Source of the DNA: Parcubacteria group bacterium
GTDB lineage: Bacteria; Patescibacteriota; Minisyncoccia; Phycocordibacterales; CALRBT01
Direction of reading: 5' to 3'
DNA: 64,000 nucleotides
NCBI GenBank assembly: GCA_943354475.1
Contig: CALRBT010000001.1
Location: forward strand, 101,424-165,423
The notes under the pieces are model-generated. The model saw only the letters and a list, made by a program, of their open reading frames with translations, did no database searches and was not told the origin of the DNA. Of this stretch, positions 1 to 8,709 are shown in pieces (position 1 is the first letter of the stretch; every line of letters starts with the position of its first letter). Made by a program: the position numbers and the translations under genes.

Positions 1-1734
1 CTTCTTTTCCTTAATTTCCAAACTAAGTCGCGCTAGTAACTCATCAACTGAGGTCGCCCCTTGATTACCTGCTTCGCGGTGTTCGATGGTTACCGTATTT
101 GATTCAGCTTCTTTATCTCCTATGACGAGGAGGTAGGGGATTTTCTCCGTCTTGGCGTTGCGGATTTTCTTGCCCAGTGATTCATTGCTCTCATCGAGCT
201 CAACACGAATATCAAGTGAGTTAAGTTTATCCGCCACTATCTTCGCGTATTCCAAATGTTTTTCACTAATGGGTAATACCTTGACCTGAACAGGGGAAAG
301 CCAGAGTGGGAATGCGCCTGCGTAGTGTTCGATAAGAACGCCCATAAAACGTTCAAGAGATCCAGAGATTGCACGGTGGATAACCACAGGGCGTTCTTTC
401 TGACCGTTTTCATTGACGAAGGATAGGTCAAAACGTTCAGGCAGATTAAAATCGCATTGAATTGTTGCTAACTGCCATTCCCGACCGATTGCATCTTTAA
501 ACATGAAGTCTAACTTGGGTCCATAGAATGCCGCCTCTCCAGGTCCTTCAACAAGATTCAATTTATTTGCCTCGGCGGCGTCCCGCAATGCCCACTCTGC
601 TGTACCCCAAATGTCATCACTTCCAATAAATTTATCCTTGTCCTCTCCACGAGTGGAGAGTCTCACCCAATAACCGTCCATCATGTTCATCGTTGTATAG
701 AACTCCTTGATGATATTCACAATCGTTGAAACTTCAAAATTAATTTGATTGTCTCGACAAAACAAGTGACCATCATCTTGAGTAATGGCACGAACCCTGG
801 TGAGTCCACCAAGTTGACCAGATTTCTCATCTCTATAAACCGTGGCAGGTTCAAAATATCGCACAGGCATGTCACGATAGGAAAATTGATTGTCAGCAAA
901 GATTTGCATGTGGTGAGGGCAATTCATGGGCTTCATAATGAATTTTTCCTCCTTTCCTGAAACACGGAACAGCTCATCACCAAATTTTTCAGCATGCCCA
1001 GATGTTTCGTAAAGAGCTTCTTTAGCGATGTGAGGTGTCCATACTCGCCAGTACCCTTTATTTCTGTGTAGATCCCAAAGATAGTCTTCAATCGCCTTGC
1101 GGATAAGCATTCCCTTTGGTTGCATAAGCGGAAGCCCTGCCCCAATGAGATCTGATGTAGTGAATAGTTTTAATTCCTTCCCTATTTTTCGATGGTCACG
1201 CTTTTTTGCCTCTTCTTGTTGCAGAATGTACGCGTCGAGCTTTTCTTTTGATTCGAATGCAAGGCCGTAAATACGGGTAAGCATCTTATTCTTTTCTTCC
1301 CCTCGCCAGTAAGCACCCGCAATACGGTCAAGCTTGAAACAATCGCTTCGAATCTCCTTGGCAGATTCGACGTGTCCACCACGACAGAGATCTGAATAGC
1401 CTCCTGATTTGTAGAATGAAACCTTTGACCCGTCTTTAGTGAATTCATCAATGAGTTCGTGCTTGTACTCATTTCCAGGATACTCGGCCCTGGCTTCATC
1501 TGCAGTCAGTTCAGTCCGTTCGAAGCCGTCCCAACCCTTGAGGATTTCGCGCATTTTCTTCTCAATCTTCGGTAGATCGTTTTCTGAAATTGGCTTTGAA
1601 AATTCAAAATCAAAATAAAAGCCGTTATCGATTGCGGGTCCGATAGTACGCTTGGTGTCGGGGTAGATATCCATTACAGCAGCTGCAAGGAGATGGGCGA
1701 GAGAGTGTCGCAAGTATTCTAGTTGTTTTTCCAT
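1..1734 (-). CDS. thrS: Threonyl-tRNA synthetase, 3' end runs off the window. It starts in the N2 editing domain and has no TGS domain.
   Basis: The reverse-complement frame is open from the ATG at 1734 to position 1. It begins MEKQLEYLRHSLAHLLAAAV (the HxxxH editing motif) and continues through class II core motifs (HRKIGKEL). It is missing from the ORF track only because no stop codon lies inside the window. Confidence 0.85.
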   Translation of the reverse strand, partial: MEKQLEYLRHSLAHLLAAAVMDIYPDTKRTIGPAIDNGFYFDFEFSKPISENDLPKIEKKMREILKGWDGFERTELTADEARAEYPGNEYKHELIDEFTKDGSKVSFYKSGGYSDLCRGGHVESAKEIRSDCFKLDRIAGAYWRGEEKNKMLTRIYGLAFESKEKLDAYILQQEEAKKRDHRKIGKELKLFTTSDLIGAGLPLMQPKGMLIRKAIEDYLWDLHRNKGYWRVWTPHIAKEALYETSGHAEKFGDELFRVSGKEEKFIMKPMNCPHHMQIFADNQFSYRDMPVRYFEPATVYRDEKSGQLGGLTRVRAITQDDGHLFCRDNQINFEVSTIVNIIKEFYTTMNMMDGYWVRLSTRGEDKDKFIGSDDIWGTAEWALRDAAEANKLNLVEGPGEAAFYGPKLDFMFKDAIGREWQLATIQCDFNLPERFDLSFVNENGQKERPVVIHRAISGSLERFMGVLIEHYAGAFPLWLSPVQVKVLPISEKHLEYAKIVADKLNSLDIRVELDESNESLGKKIRNAKTEKIPYLLVIGDKEAESNTVTIEHREAGNQGATSVDELLARLSLEIKEKK

Positions 1735-1825
1735 AGGTTTCCATAATAACATTTCTCTCTCCGTTGCCCAGATATTGACAATTTATTTTAAGTGTGACAA
1801 TTTAAAAATAGAAGGAGAACATCCT

Positions 1826-2281
1826 ATGACACTCGCTCTAGCACCTTGTGTTTTGTTGAAAGAAAAACAAGATTATCGCTTGTTTTTCTCCACTATATTC
1901 CACCTTGAGTCTTCAAGAAGCGACATTATTACTTCACTTAATCGTTTTTTGACAAGTTGGTATCAAGTAGCTGGAATAAGTTTTCAGGGAGTTCCTTTTG
2001 TAGTTATGTTACCAGCAACAATTAGTCAAAATGTGAAATATCATTTTCTGAAAGAGTTACATTTGGCAACGGTCACGTTCCCAGAAATTACAGGACACTC
2101 TTTTAGAAATCGGCATTTGAGTATTTGGTATGATTGGAAAAATGACACATTCGTTATTCGACTCCCCAGTAGTGATGTCACAGAGAGGACCATTATAGGA
2201 GCAGAAATAGTATTTAAGCTCAACGAAGCACTTATACATCTCAAAGCCAATCCTGGTTCCTTACCCACCGCCCTCAAGTGA
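1826..2281 (+). CDS. Hypothetical protein of 151 aa. The ORF track starts at 1775, but the ATG at 1826 carries the ribosome-binding site.
   Basis: GAAGGAGAA lies 8 nt before the ATG at 1826. I recognise no domain. The stop codon sits inside a terminator hairpin. Confidence 0.45.
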   Translation: MTLALAPCVLLKEKQDYRLFFSTIFHLESSRSDIITSLNRFLTSWYQVAGISFQGVPFVVMLPATISQNVKYHFLKELHLATVTFPEITGHSFRNRHLSIWYDWKNDTFVIRLPSSDVTERTIIGAEIVFKLNEALIHLKANPGSLPTALK

Positions 2282-2293
2282 TTGAGGGCGGTG
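2266..2293. terminator. Perfect 12-bp inverted repeat (CACCGCCCTCAA/TTGAGGGCGGTG) between convergent genes
   Basis: The hairpin was read directly. It overlaps the stop of the 1826..2281 ORF and lies downstream of the pilin gene on the other strand. Confidence 0.6.
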
Positions 2294-2472
2294 AATTAGT
2301 TAATTCACATCTCTTAACTAAGAACTTAACTTGGATCGGCGCATGTTGTTTTACCTATTGTTGAATTAGTCCACCAATTTTGTGCTAGCCCATTATGATT
2401 GAATTCTCCAACCGCCCACATTCTAAAGTTCTGACTTGTCGATGGGTTTACTCCAGAGCACCAGTTGTCGTA

Positions 2473-2817
2473 TTAGTACTGCTGGCTTGCTGTCGGATCT
2501 TTGGGTAGGGAGGGAATCAACTTGTCAGTGACTAAAATCTCGAGACATCCACCTGCAAGAAAGCTTGTGGTATGAGCACAGTTACCATCTGTTCCTGAAG
2601 GATACCTACCTTTGGAGTTATAGAAGAGTTCAAGTGCCACATGGACTGCACGCATATCCCCGATACGTTTAGTATCTCGTGCTTTACCACGAGCTGAATT
2701 GAGGGAAGCAAGGATTACAGATGAAAGGAGGGCGACTATCGCAATAACCACGAGTAGTTCAATGAGGGTAAACCCACCTTTCTTTGTTTTGGTTGTTTGT
2801 TTGAAACTGATTTTCAT
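2473..2817 (-). CDS. Type IV pilin or pseudopilin with an N-terminal prepilin methylation motif
   Basis: MKISFKQTTKTKKGG|FTLIELLVVIAIVALL is a class III signal (G/FTLIE) followed by a hydrophobic helix. The start was moved to the ATG at 2817. Confidence 0.8.
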   Translation of the reverse strand: MKISFKQTTKTKKGGFTLIELLVVIAIVALLSSVILASLNSARGKARDTKRIGDMRAVHVALELFYNSKGRYPSGTDGNCAHTTSFLAGGCLEILVTDKLIPSLPKDPTASQQY

Positions 2818-2818
2818 A

Positions 2819-3106
2819 CTAGCGTGGAGCGCTGGTTGCTTTGATTGCCTTTTCGATTGCTTCACGTGACTTATTCTGGGTATCACTCGAAGAGTCTGAA
2901 AACAGTAAAAAGATTGATGTGCTGATAGCGAGCACTACAAAACCAGTGAGTACAAGGGTCGCAGACTTCTCGTCTCTGATGTATCCACCTGAATATTTAA
3001 TAGTCAGCTCAATAATTTTCGAGGGTGCAGGCTGAAAAGTCCTCGTAATTTGTACTGGTCTGGTGTCTTCAAAAACTACTCCAGATGATTGATTATTTTG
3101 ATCCAT
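2819..3106 (-). CDS. Hypothetical single-TM protein, translationally coupled to the pilin gene
   Basis: Its TAG stop lies 1 nt before the pilin ATG (TAG-T-ATG). One predicted TM segment (LVLTGFVVLAISTSIFLLF). Confidence 0.4.
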   Translation of the reverse strand: MDQNNQSSGVVFEDTRPVQITRTFQPAPSKIIELTIKYSGGYIRDEKSATLVLTGFVVLAISTSIFLLFSDSSSDTQNKSREAIEKAIKATSAPR

Positions 3107-3165
3107 ACCTTTTTGTAAATGGTAAAAAATACAGCGATTTTTCCAGAGAACACCTTTTTACTTAT

Positions 3166-6100
3166 TTATAATCCTCGTATGTTGTCAGCAATCATTGAGA
3201 GTGTTCCGTTGCGATCTGACATTTTACCTTTAACCGCAATACATTTATCGAGCTCGAGGAGGCTCTTAAATTCAAACCAGGTTTTTGGGAATACAACCAC
3301 TTCAATATTATCAGTAAAATCAGCGAGCCTCAGGAACGCCATTTTGTCTCCCTTTTTAGTAATGACTGGTTTGCAGTCTTCAATGATCCCCGCAATCATC
3401 CCGTCCTTTCCATTAGTCACCTCTTCCTTTGTTTTCTTTATACTAATCTGTGCTTTTTCTAGTTTTTCTCGTACACGATCAAGTGGATGACCTGAAACAT
3501 AGAGTCCGAGGAGTTCTTTCTCCCAACCAAGTTTTTCTGTAGAGGTTGCCGGAATTACTTCTTTTAGCGTAATTTCTGTGTCAATTGAACTACTTCCAAC
3601 AGCCCCAAAAAGTGAATCTTGATTGGCAGGCCCTTTTTCTAATTCTTTGTTGTATGCGAGCATTTCTTCAACATTGCCTAGTAATAAACCACGTTCACCA
3701 AACTCATCCATTGCACCACATTTAATGAGCGCCTCAAGAGATTTCTTGTTGAGATTTCGGTCACGAATACGATTAAGAAAATTAGTAATGCTGGTGAAGT
3801 GCCCCTTACTCTTACGTTCGTTGATAATTGCATCACCAATCCCTTCACCAAAATTTTTAATGGTATATAATCCAAATCTAATTTTTTTCTTTGCTGAATT
3901 TTCTTCATCACTAATCACGGTAAACCCACCAAAGCTTTCATTGATATCTGGTGGCAGTACTTCAATCCCCATACGTTCACACTCATGTACGATTTCAGCA
4001 ATCTTCTCAACATCTCCCGAATCAGCAGTGAGGACGGATGCCATATAAATAGCAGGGAAGTTGGCCTTCATATAGGCGGTTTGGTAGGCCACCTTACCGT
4101 AACTTGCAGCGTGTGCTTTGTTGAATCCATAGGCGGCAAAGGGCTCAATCAATTTCCACAATTGATTAGCCTTACGTTCACTGAGTCCATGAGCCTGTAG
4201 ACCTTCAAGAAGTTTTCCTTTCTGTGCCTCCATTTCTTCTGGAATTTTTTTACCCATTGCTTTACGAAGTTTGTCCGCTTCAAGCCAGGAATAGCCACCG
4301 AGTTTAATTGCGGTGAGCATGACGTCATCTTGGTAAGTAATCACTCCATAGGATTGAGAGAGAATGTCTTTAAGCCTTGGGTCGATATACTTGATTAACT
4401 CTGGATTGTGTTTACGAGCGATGTACTCAGGAATCATTTCGAGTGGTCCGGGACGATAGAGTGCTACCATCGCGTTGATGTCATGGATAGTTGTTGGTTT
4501 GAGTTCCTTGAGGTATTTGGTCATTCCTTCACCGTTTAGTTGGAAGAGCCCCATTGTCTCACCGTTAGCCAGAAGCCCGAATGTTTTCTTATCATCAACA
4601 GGAACGTTCTCAATATCAACGTCAATATTTTCAATCACTTTCACCAGCTTTACGGCTTCAGCCAGAATTGAGAGGTTTTTAATGCCGAGGAAATCGAACT
4701 TGAGAAGTCCTGCATTATTCTCGTCAATTGAGTACATATCATACTGAGTAATGATCTTGTTCTCACCTTTGGTATCGAACTGTAGTGGTGTGTAATCGGT
4801 AAGTGGCGTAGGGGAGATAACAACACCCGCTGCATGTACGGAGATGTGGCGGGCACAACCTTCAATTTTTTTGGCGAGATCGATAATTTCTTTAACATCT
4901 GCTTCACGTTCATAAATTTCTCGAAGTTCTTGCGTATCAGCGAGTGCCTGTTTGATGGTCATCGGGAAACCTTGGGATCCCATAGGGATTAGTTTGGCAA
5001 TCCGGTCACCGAGGCTGTAGGGATAGCCAAGCGCGCGAGTAACATCACGTACGGATCCACGCGCCATCATGGTACCGAATGTTCCAATCTGCGCCACTTT
5101 ATCTCTGCCATATTTTTCGCGGGCATACTCGATCATTTCATCTCGACGATTGTCGGCAAAGTCCATGTCGATGTCCGGTGCCGAAGGACGCTCTGGGTTT
5201 AGGAAACGTTCAAAGGGTAGTTTGTATTCAAGTGGGTTCACGTTGGTAATTCCAGCAAGGAAAGTAATCAGAGATCCAGCAACGGAGCCTCTAATTGAGG
5301 TGAGAATTTGGTTCTCGTGAGCAAAACGCAGAAGATCTCCTACTACCAGGAAGTAGGGGGAATAACCCTTGTCTTTAATGACTTTAAGTTCGTATTCAAT
5401 ACGTTCCGTCACTTCTTTGGTTTCCTCAATGTTGCGTCGCCTTATTCCTTCAAAGACGATATGTCGCAACTCGTCATCGTAAGAACGGCCACTTTCGACT
5501 TTAAGATCGGGGAAATTCCAAGTACCCAACTTGAGTTCCAGATTGCACATCTCTGCAATCTTTTGTGTGTTCTCGATTGCTTCAGGAATATCTTTGAAGT
5601 ATTCATCTGCTTGTTTGGTTGAGATAAAAGAAAAATCCTCAATGTTTTCACCCATGATACGGTCGCTTCCTTCCTGTTGGTTTTGAATAGCCACCATTGT
5701 CTCTCTAGCCTTTCGGTCTTCTTGTTTCAGATAGTAAACATCATGTGCCGCAACGAGGGGAATACCTGTTCGTCTTGAAAGGAGAATAATCTGATCATTC
5801 AGTTCCTTACTCCCTTCGATTTCTGGATGATGAGTGACTTCTAGAAAGGTGTTCTCTTTGCCAAATATTTTTTCAAACTCTTTGGCGACACTCTCAGCTT
5901 TATCATAGTCCTTCATCTTGAGTGAGAAGGTCGTTTCTCCACTGAAAGAGGGGATGATACAAATGAGTCCTTCATGGTGCTCTCCCATTAATTCTTTATC
6001 AATACGCGGTTTATAGTAGAAACCCTCAAGGTTTGAAAGCGTAACAAGTTTGAGCAAATTTTTGTAACCTATTTCGTCTTTAGCCAAGAGAACCAGCCGG

Positions 6101-6366
6101 TGACGACGATTATCAACGCCGGGTTGGCGGTCGGTACGAGCTCTGATTGCTTGATAAAAATCAACACCAATAATTGGTTTAATCCCTTTTGATTTGCATG
6201 CCTTGTAGAATTCAATTGCACCGTAGAGGTTGCCATTATCCGTTAGTGCCAAAGCGGACATACCCGCCTCCTTGGTCGCATCAACAAGTTCATCGATTTT
6301 AGGTAATGCAGTCAATAGAGAGTAGTGACTGTGGGTGTGGAGATGGAGAAAACGAGATTCAGACAT
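3166..6366 (-). CDS. dnaE: DNA polymerase III alpha subunit
   Basis: The PHP domain begins MSESRFLHLHTHSHYSLL and continues GIKPIIGVD, followed by palm, fingers and an OB fold. The start was moved to the MSESRF ATG at 6366. Confidence 0.9.
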   Translation of the reverse strand: MSESRFLHLHTHSHYSLLTALPKIDELVDATKEAGMSALALTDNGNLYGAIEFYKACKSKGIKPIIGVDFYQAIRARTDRQPGVDNRRHRLVLLAKDEIGYKNLLKLVTLSNLEGFYYKPRIDKELMGEHHEGLICIIPSFSGETTFSLKMKDYDKAESVAKEFEKIFGKENTFLEVTHHPEIEGSKELNDQIILLSRRTGIPLVAAHDVYYLKQEDRKARETMVAIQNQQEGSDRIMGENIEDFSFISTKQADEYFKDIPEAIENTQKIAEMCNLELKLGTWNFPDLKVESGRSYDDELRHIVFEGIRRRNIEETKEVTERIEYELKVIKDKGYSPYFLVVGDLLRFAHENQILTSIRGSVAGSLITFLAGITNVNPLEYKLPFERFLNPERPSAPDIDMDFADNRRDEMIEYAREKYGRDKVAQIGTFGTMMARGSVRDVTRALGYPYSLGDRIAKLIPMGSQGFPMTIKQALADTQELREIYEREADVKEIIDLAKKIEGCARHISVHAAGVVISPTPLTDYTPLQFDTKGENKIITQYDMYSIDENNAGLLKFDFLGIKNLSILAEAVKLVKVIENIDVDIENVPVDDKKTFGLLANGETMGLFQLNGEGMTKYLKELKPTTIHDINAMVALYRPGPLEMIPEYIARKHNPELIKYIDPRLKDILSQSYGVITYQDDVMLTAIKLGGYSWLEADKLRKAMGKKIPEEMEAQKGKLLEGLQAHGLSERKANQLWKLIEPFAAYGFNKAHAASYGKVAYQTAYMKANFPAIYMASVLTADSGDVEKIAEIVHECERMGIEVLPPDINESFGGFTVISDEENSAKKKIRFGLYTIKNFGEGIGDAIINERKSKGHFTSITNFLNRIRDRNLNKKSLEALIKCGAMDEFGERGLLLGNVEEMLAYNKELEKGPANQDSLFGAVGSSSIDTEITLKEVIPATSTEKLGWEKELLGLYVSGHPLDRVREKLEKAQISIKKTKEEVTNGKDGMIAGIIEDCKPVITKKGDKMAFLRLADFTDNIEVVVFPKTWFEFKSLLELDKCIAVKGKMSDRNGTLSMIADNIRGL

Positions 6367-6384
6367 AATGCTATTATACGTTGG

Positions 6385-6996
6385 ATGTTGGTAAGAGTAA
6401 AAAAAATACAAAAACTAAAGACGATTGGGATAGATGAAGCGGGACGGGGCCCGCTTGCGGGCCCCGTTGCAGTCGGTGTCGTGTGTTTTTTGAGCCCAAA
6501 TTGTCCGAGAATTTTTCGTGGTGTTAAGGAGTCAAAGCAGTTAAGTGCGAAGGCGAGAGAGAAATGGTTTGAGAAAATTAAGGAAGAAAAAGTCAAAGGA
6601 AATATTGATTTTGCTGTCTCGCTTCAGAGTGCGCTTTTGATTGATCAAAGAGGACTAACCTTTGTAATCCGAAAGGCGATTGATATATGTCTGAAGAGAT
6701 TGAATCAGAGTCCTGCTGAGGTCCGGGTATTGCTCGATGGGGGACTTAGGGCTCCACTTGAATATACCGAGCAACAAACGATTATTAAAGGGGATTGCAA
6801 AGAACAATCAATCGCACTGGCTTCAATTGTCGCTAAGGTTACTAGAGATAGGCTGATGATAGCATTAGCAAAAAAATATCCACAATATAGTTTTGAAATC
6901 CATAAAGGCTATGGAACAAAAAAGCATCGAGGTGCGATTAAAAAATTCGGCCCAATAGTTATCCACAGAAAAAGTTTTCTCAAAAATATTGTGTAA
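6385..6996 (+). CDS. rnhB: Ribonuclease HII
   Basis: IGIDEAGRGPLAGPV catalytic motif. The start was moved to the MLVRVKK ATG, 18 bp from the divergent dnaE start. Confidence 0.8.
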   Translation: MLVRVKKIQKLKTIGIDEAGRGPLAGPVAVGVVCFLSPNCPRIFRGVKESKQLSAKAREKWFEKIKEEKVKGNIDFAVSLQSALLIDQRGLTFVIRKAIDICLKRLNQSPAEVRVLLDGGLRAPLEYTEQQTIIKGDCKEQSIALASIVAKVTRDRLMIALAKKYPQYSFEIHKGYGTKKHRGAIKKFGPIVIHRKSFLKNIV

Positions 6997-7279
6997 TCTT
7001 GATACCAGTGGTATTATCCTCAGCTGTGATGAAAGGGGTGTGTAGTACATTCCTAAAAAATGGGGGAACTGGCTTTGGCTAAGGGTTTTGGAATGGAACC
7101 ATCAGAATTTGGTGGCCAAAATGGCTTTATTTGCGACGATGGTGTGGAAAAAAAAGAGCAACAAGCTCAAAGTCAACCTCCTTATCAGGTTACATGTTCA
7201 ACCTGTCTTGGAGGCGGACCACCCCACTATTTTGAGGAGAGTTGCGATCCTCGAAGATTGTAACTTGTGAGAGAGACTC

Positions 7280-7330
7280 GGCGCCGAGGGAAATCATTCC
7301 CCGGCGCCACCGTTATTTCCGGTTTTTTTG
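7280..7330 (+). terminator. Intrinsic terminator: GC hairpin GGCGCCGAGGG..CCCCGGCGCC followed by a T7 run
   Basis: The hairpin and the following GGTTTTTTTG were read directly. It ends an unannotated transcript located 7000-7280. Confidence 0.6.
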
Positions 7331-7357
7331 ATTCTTAATTCCTCATTCTTAATTCCT
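7331..7357. repeat. Tandem direct repeat ATTCTTAATTCCT x2 upstream of the rpmF promoter
   Basis: The exact 13-mer occurs at 7331-7343 and 7345-7357. Confidence 0.7.
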
Positions 7358-7366
7358 GTACTCCGT

Positions 7367-7395
7367 TTGCCTATTTTAAATAGTTTTGGTATAGT
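7367..7395 (+). promoter_or_regulatory. Sigma70-like promoter (TTGCCT, 17 nt, TATAGT) placing the transcription start at or next to the rpmF ATG
   Basis: The -10 ends 6 nt before the ATG at 7402, and there is no Shine-Dalgarno sequence. Confidence 0.5.
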
Positions 7396-7401
7396 CTCCA
7401 T

Positions 7402-7641
7402 ATGGTTATTCGAATGCGACACACACGAAGTCATACAGGCCTTAGGCGCTCACATCATGCGCTTAAGGCTACTGGTGTTTCCAAGTGTGAAAATTGCGGC
7501 TCTGCTCGCTTACCGCATCAGGCATGTCCTAAGTGTGGAAAATACAAAGGCCGTATTGCAATAGACATTGCGGCTAAAACCATCAAGGCACAGAAGAAGG
7601 CCAAAACAAAAGGAGAAGCCGCAAAGGAGAAAAGCAAGTAG
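7402..7641 (+). CDS. rpmF: 50S ribosomal protein L32 with a lysine-rich C-terminal tail
   Basis: RHTRSHTGLRRSHHALK plus a CxxC...CxxC zinc ribbon (CENCG...CPKCG). Confidence 0.85.
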   Translation: MVIRMRHTRSHTGLRRSHHALKATGVSKCENCGSARLPHQACPKCGKYKGRIAIDIAAKTIKAQKKAKTKGEAAKEKSK

Positions 7642-7703
7642 TTCCCATCCACGGATGCGAAAGACTTGTCTTGAAAATTCTCCAAGATAGATCTTTAATA
7701 TCC

Positions 7704-8648
7704 ATGGCCAATAGGCACCTTTCCAGATCAATAGTAATGCAAACGCTCTTTGAGTGGGACTTTGCAAATGTACTCGAAAAGAAACAAGACGAGCACATCG
7801 ATGAATCCCTGCTACGAAACGCCGAAGAATTCGCTCCGGGCGTTTCTGACGTTCCGTTTATGAAAATGCTGGTCAAAGGGATTCTGGAAAAACGGCAAAC
7901 CCTCGATGATATTATTGTTAAGGCTGCACCGGACTGGCCAATTGACCGCATCTCAGTTATCGATCGAAACATCCTCCGTATCGGACTCTTTGAATTAATT
8001 TTTGCCGACAAGAAAGAAGTGCCCGCTAAAGTTGCCATCAACGAAGCAATTGAACTTGCTAAATCATTTGGTGGAGAGAATAGCGGTAAGTTCGTCAACG
8101 GTGTCCTTGGTGCGGTGTACAAAGAAATGGGGGAGCCGGGTAAAGAAGAAGTTTCAAAGAATAAAAAGAAGAAGAATGGCAAACTAGCCGAAGTTCCTTA
8201 TGAGAAAATGCCCATCCAACGACTAGGTGGTGCTGTAGTCTACGCTAGGGAGGGAGATCAGGTCTATCTCGCACTCGTTCATGACATTTTTGGTCACTGG
8301 ACCCTCTCAAAAGGGAAAATTGGTGATAACCCAGAGATCGCAAACGAAACAGCCAGCGAAGGGACGATTCGAGAAATCAAAGAGGAGATTGGACTCGATA
8401 TTGTCATCAAGGAAGAGCTCTACCTTAATGAATACATTGCCAATGACCCAGAGAAGGGTAAGATTCGCAAACAGGTTCAATACTTTCTGGCTGAATCAAA
8501 GTTCGATGAGGTGAAACTGGAGAAGAGCGGTGGACTCGATGATGCGAGATGGTTCAAGCTCGCTGATATTCTCACCCTTAATTTTTATGACGATGTGCTT
8601 CCTATTGTTACCAAAGCTATTAACATCCTTTTAGTAAAACCAAGTTAG
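7704..8648 (+). CDS. nusB: NusB-family antitermination domain fused to a C-terminal Nudix hydrolase domain
   Basis: The N-terminal half matches NusB (RSIVMQTLFEWDF...AINEAIELAKSFGGENSGKFVNGVL). After a K-rich linker, the C-terminal half has a Nudix box (E-x7-REIKEEIGL). The track start at 7671 is TTG; the ATG is at 7704. Confidence 0.75.
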   Translation: MANRHLSRSIVMQTLFEWDFANVLEKKQDEHIDESLLRNAEEFAPGVSDVPFMKMLVKGILEKRQTLDDIIVKAAPDWPIDRISVIDRNILRIGLFELIFADKKEVPAKVAINEAIELAKSFGGENSGKFVNGVLGAVYKEMGEPGKEEVSKNKKKKNGKLAEVPYEKMPIQRLGGAVVYAREGDQVYLALVHDIFGHWTLSKGKIGDNPEIANETASEGTIREIKEEIGLDIVIKEELYLNEYIANDPEKGKIRKQVQYFLAESKFDEVKLEKSGGLDDARWFKLADILTLNFYDDVLPIVTKAINILLVKPS

Positions 8649-8709
8649 GATTTCTTTTGTTTGGTTTGAACCTAACACCTATAACCTATTCCCTAAAACC
8701 TACCCTGCC

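Noticed and set aside
1-1740. thrS is absent from the ORF track, so I considered in-frame stops or an alternative genetic code (UGA recoding).
   Set aside because: Manual translation of the minus strand from the ATG at 1734 is open all the way to position 1. The ORF is missing only because its stop lies outside the window. dnaE, rpoB, rpoC and other long genes are intact under the standard code.
3623-4048. Numerous 60-200-aa ORFs antisense to or overlapping dnaE, smc, rpoB, rpoC, dnaG, rnr and the surface-protein gene (for example 3623..4048, 11714..12034, 21549..22139, 27227..27574, 47534..47776, 54957..55358)
   Set aside because: These are shadow ORFs inside well-supported long genes, with Ser/Leu/Arg-rich composition, no ribosome-binding sites and no motifs.
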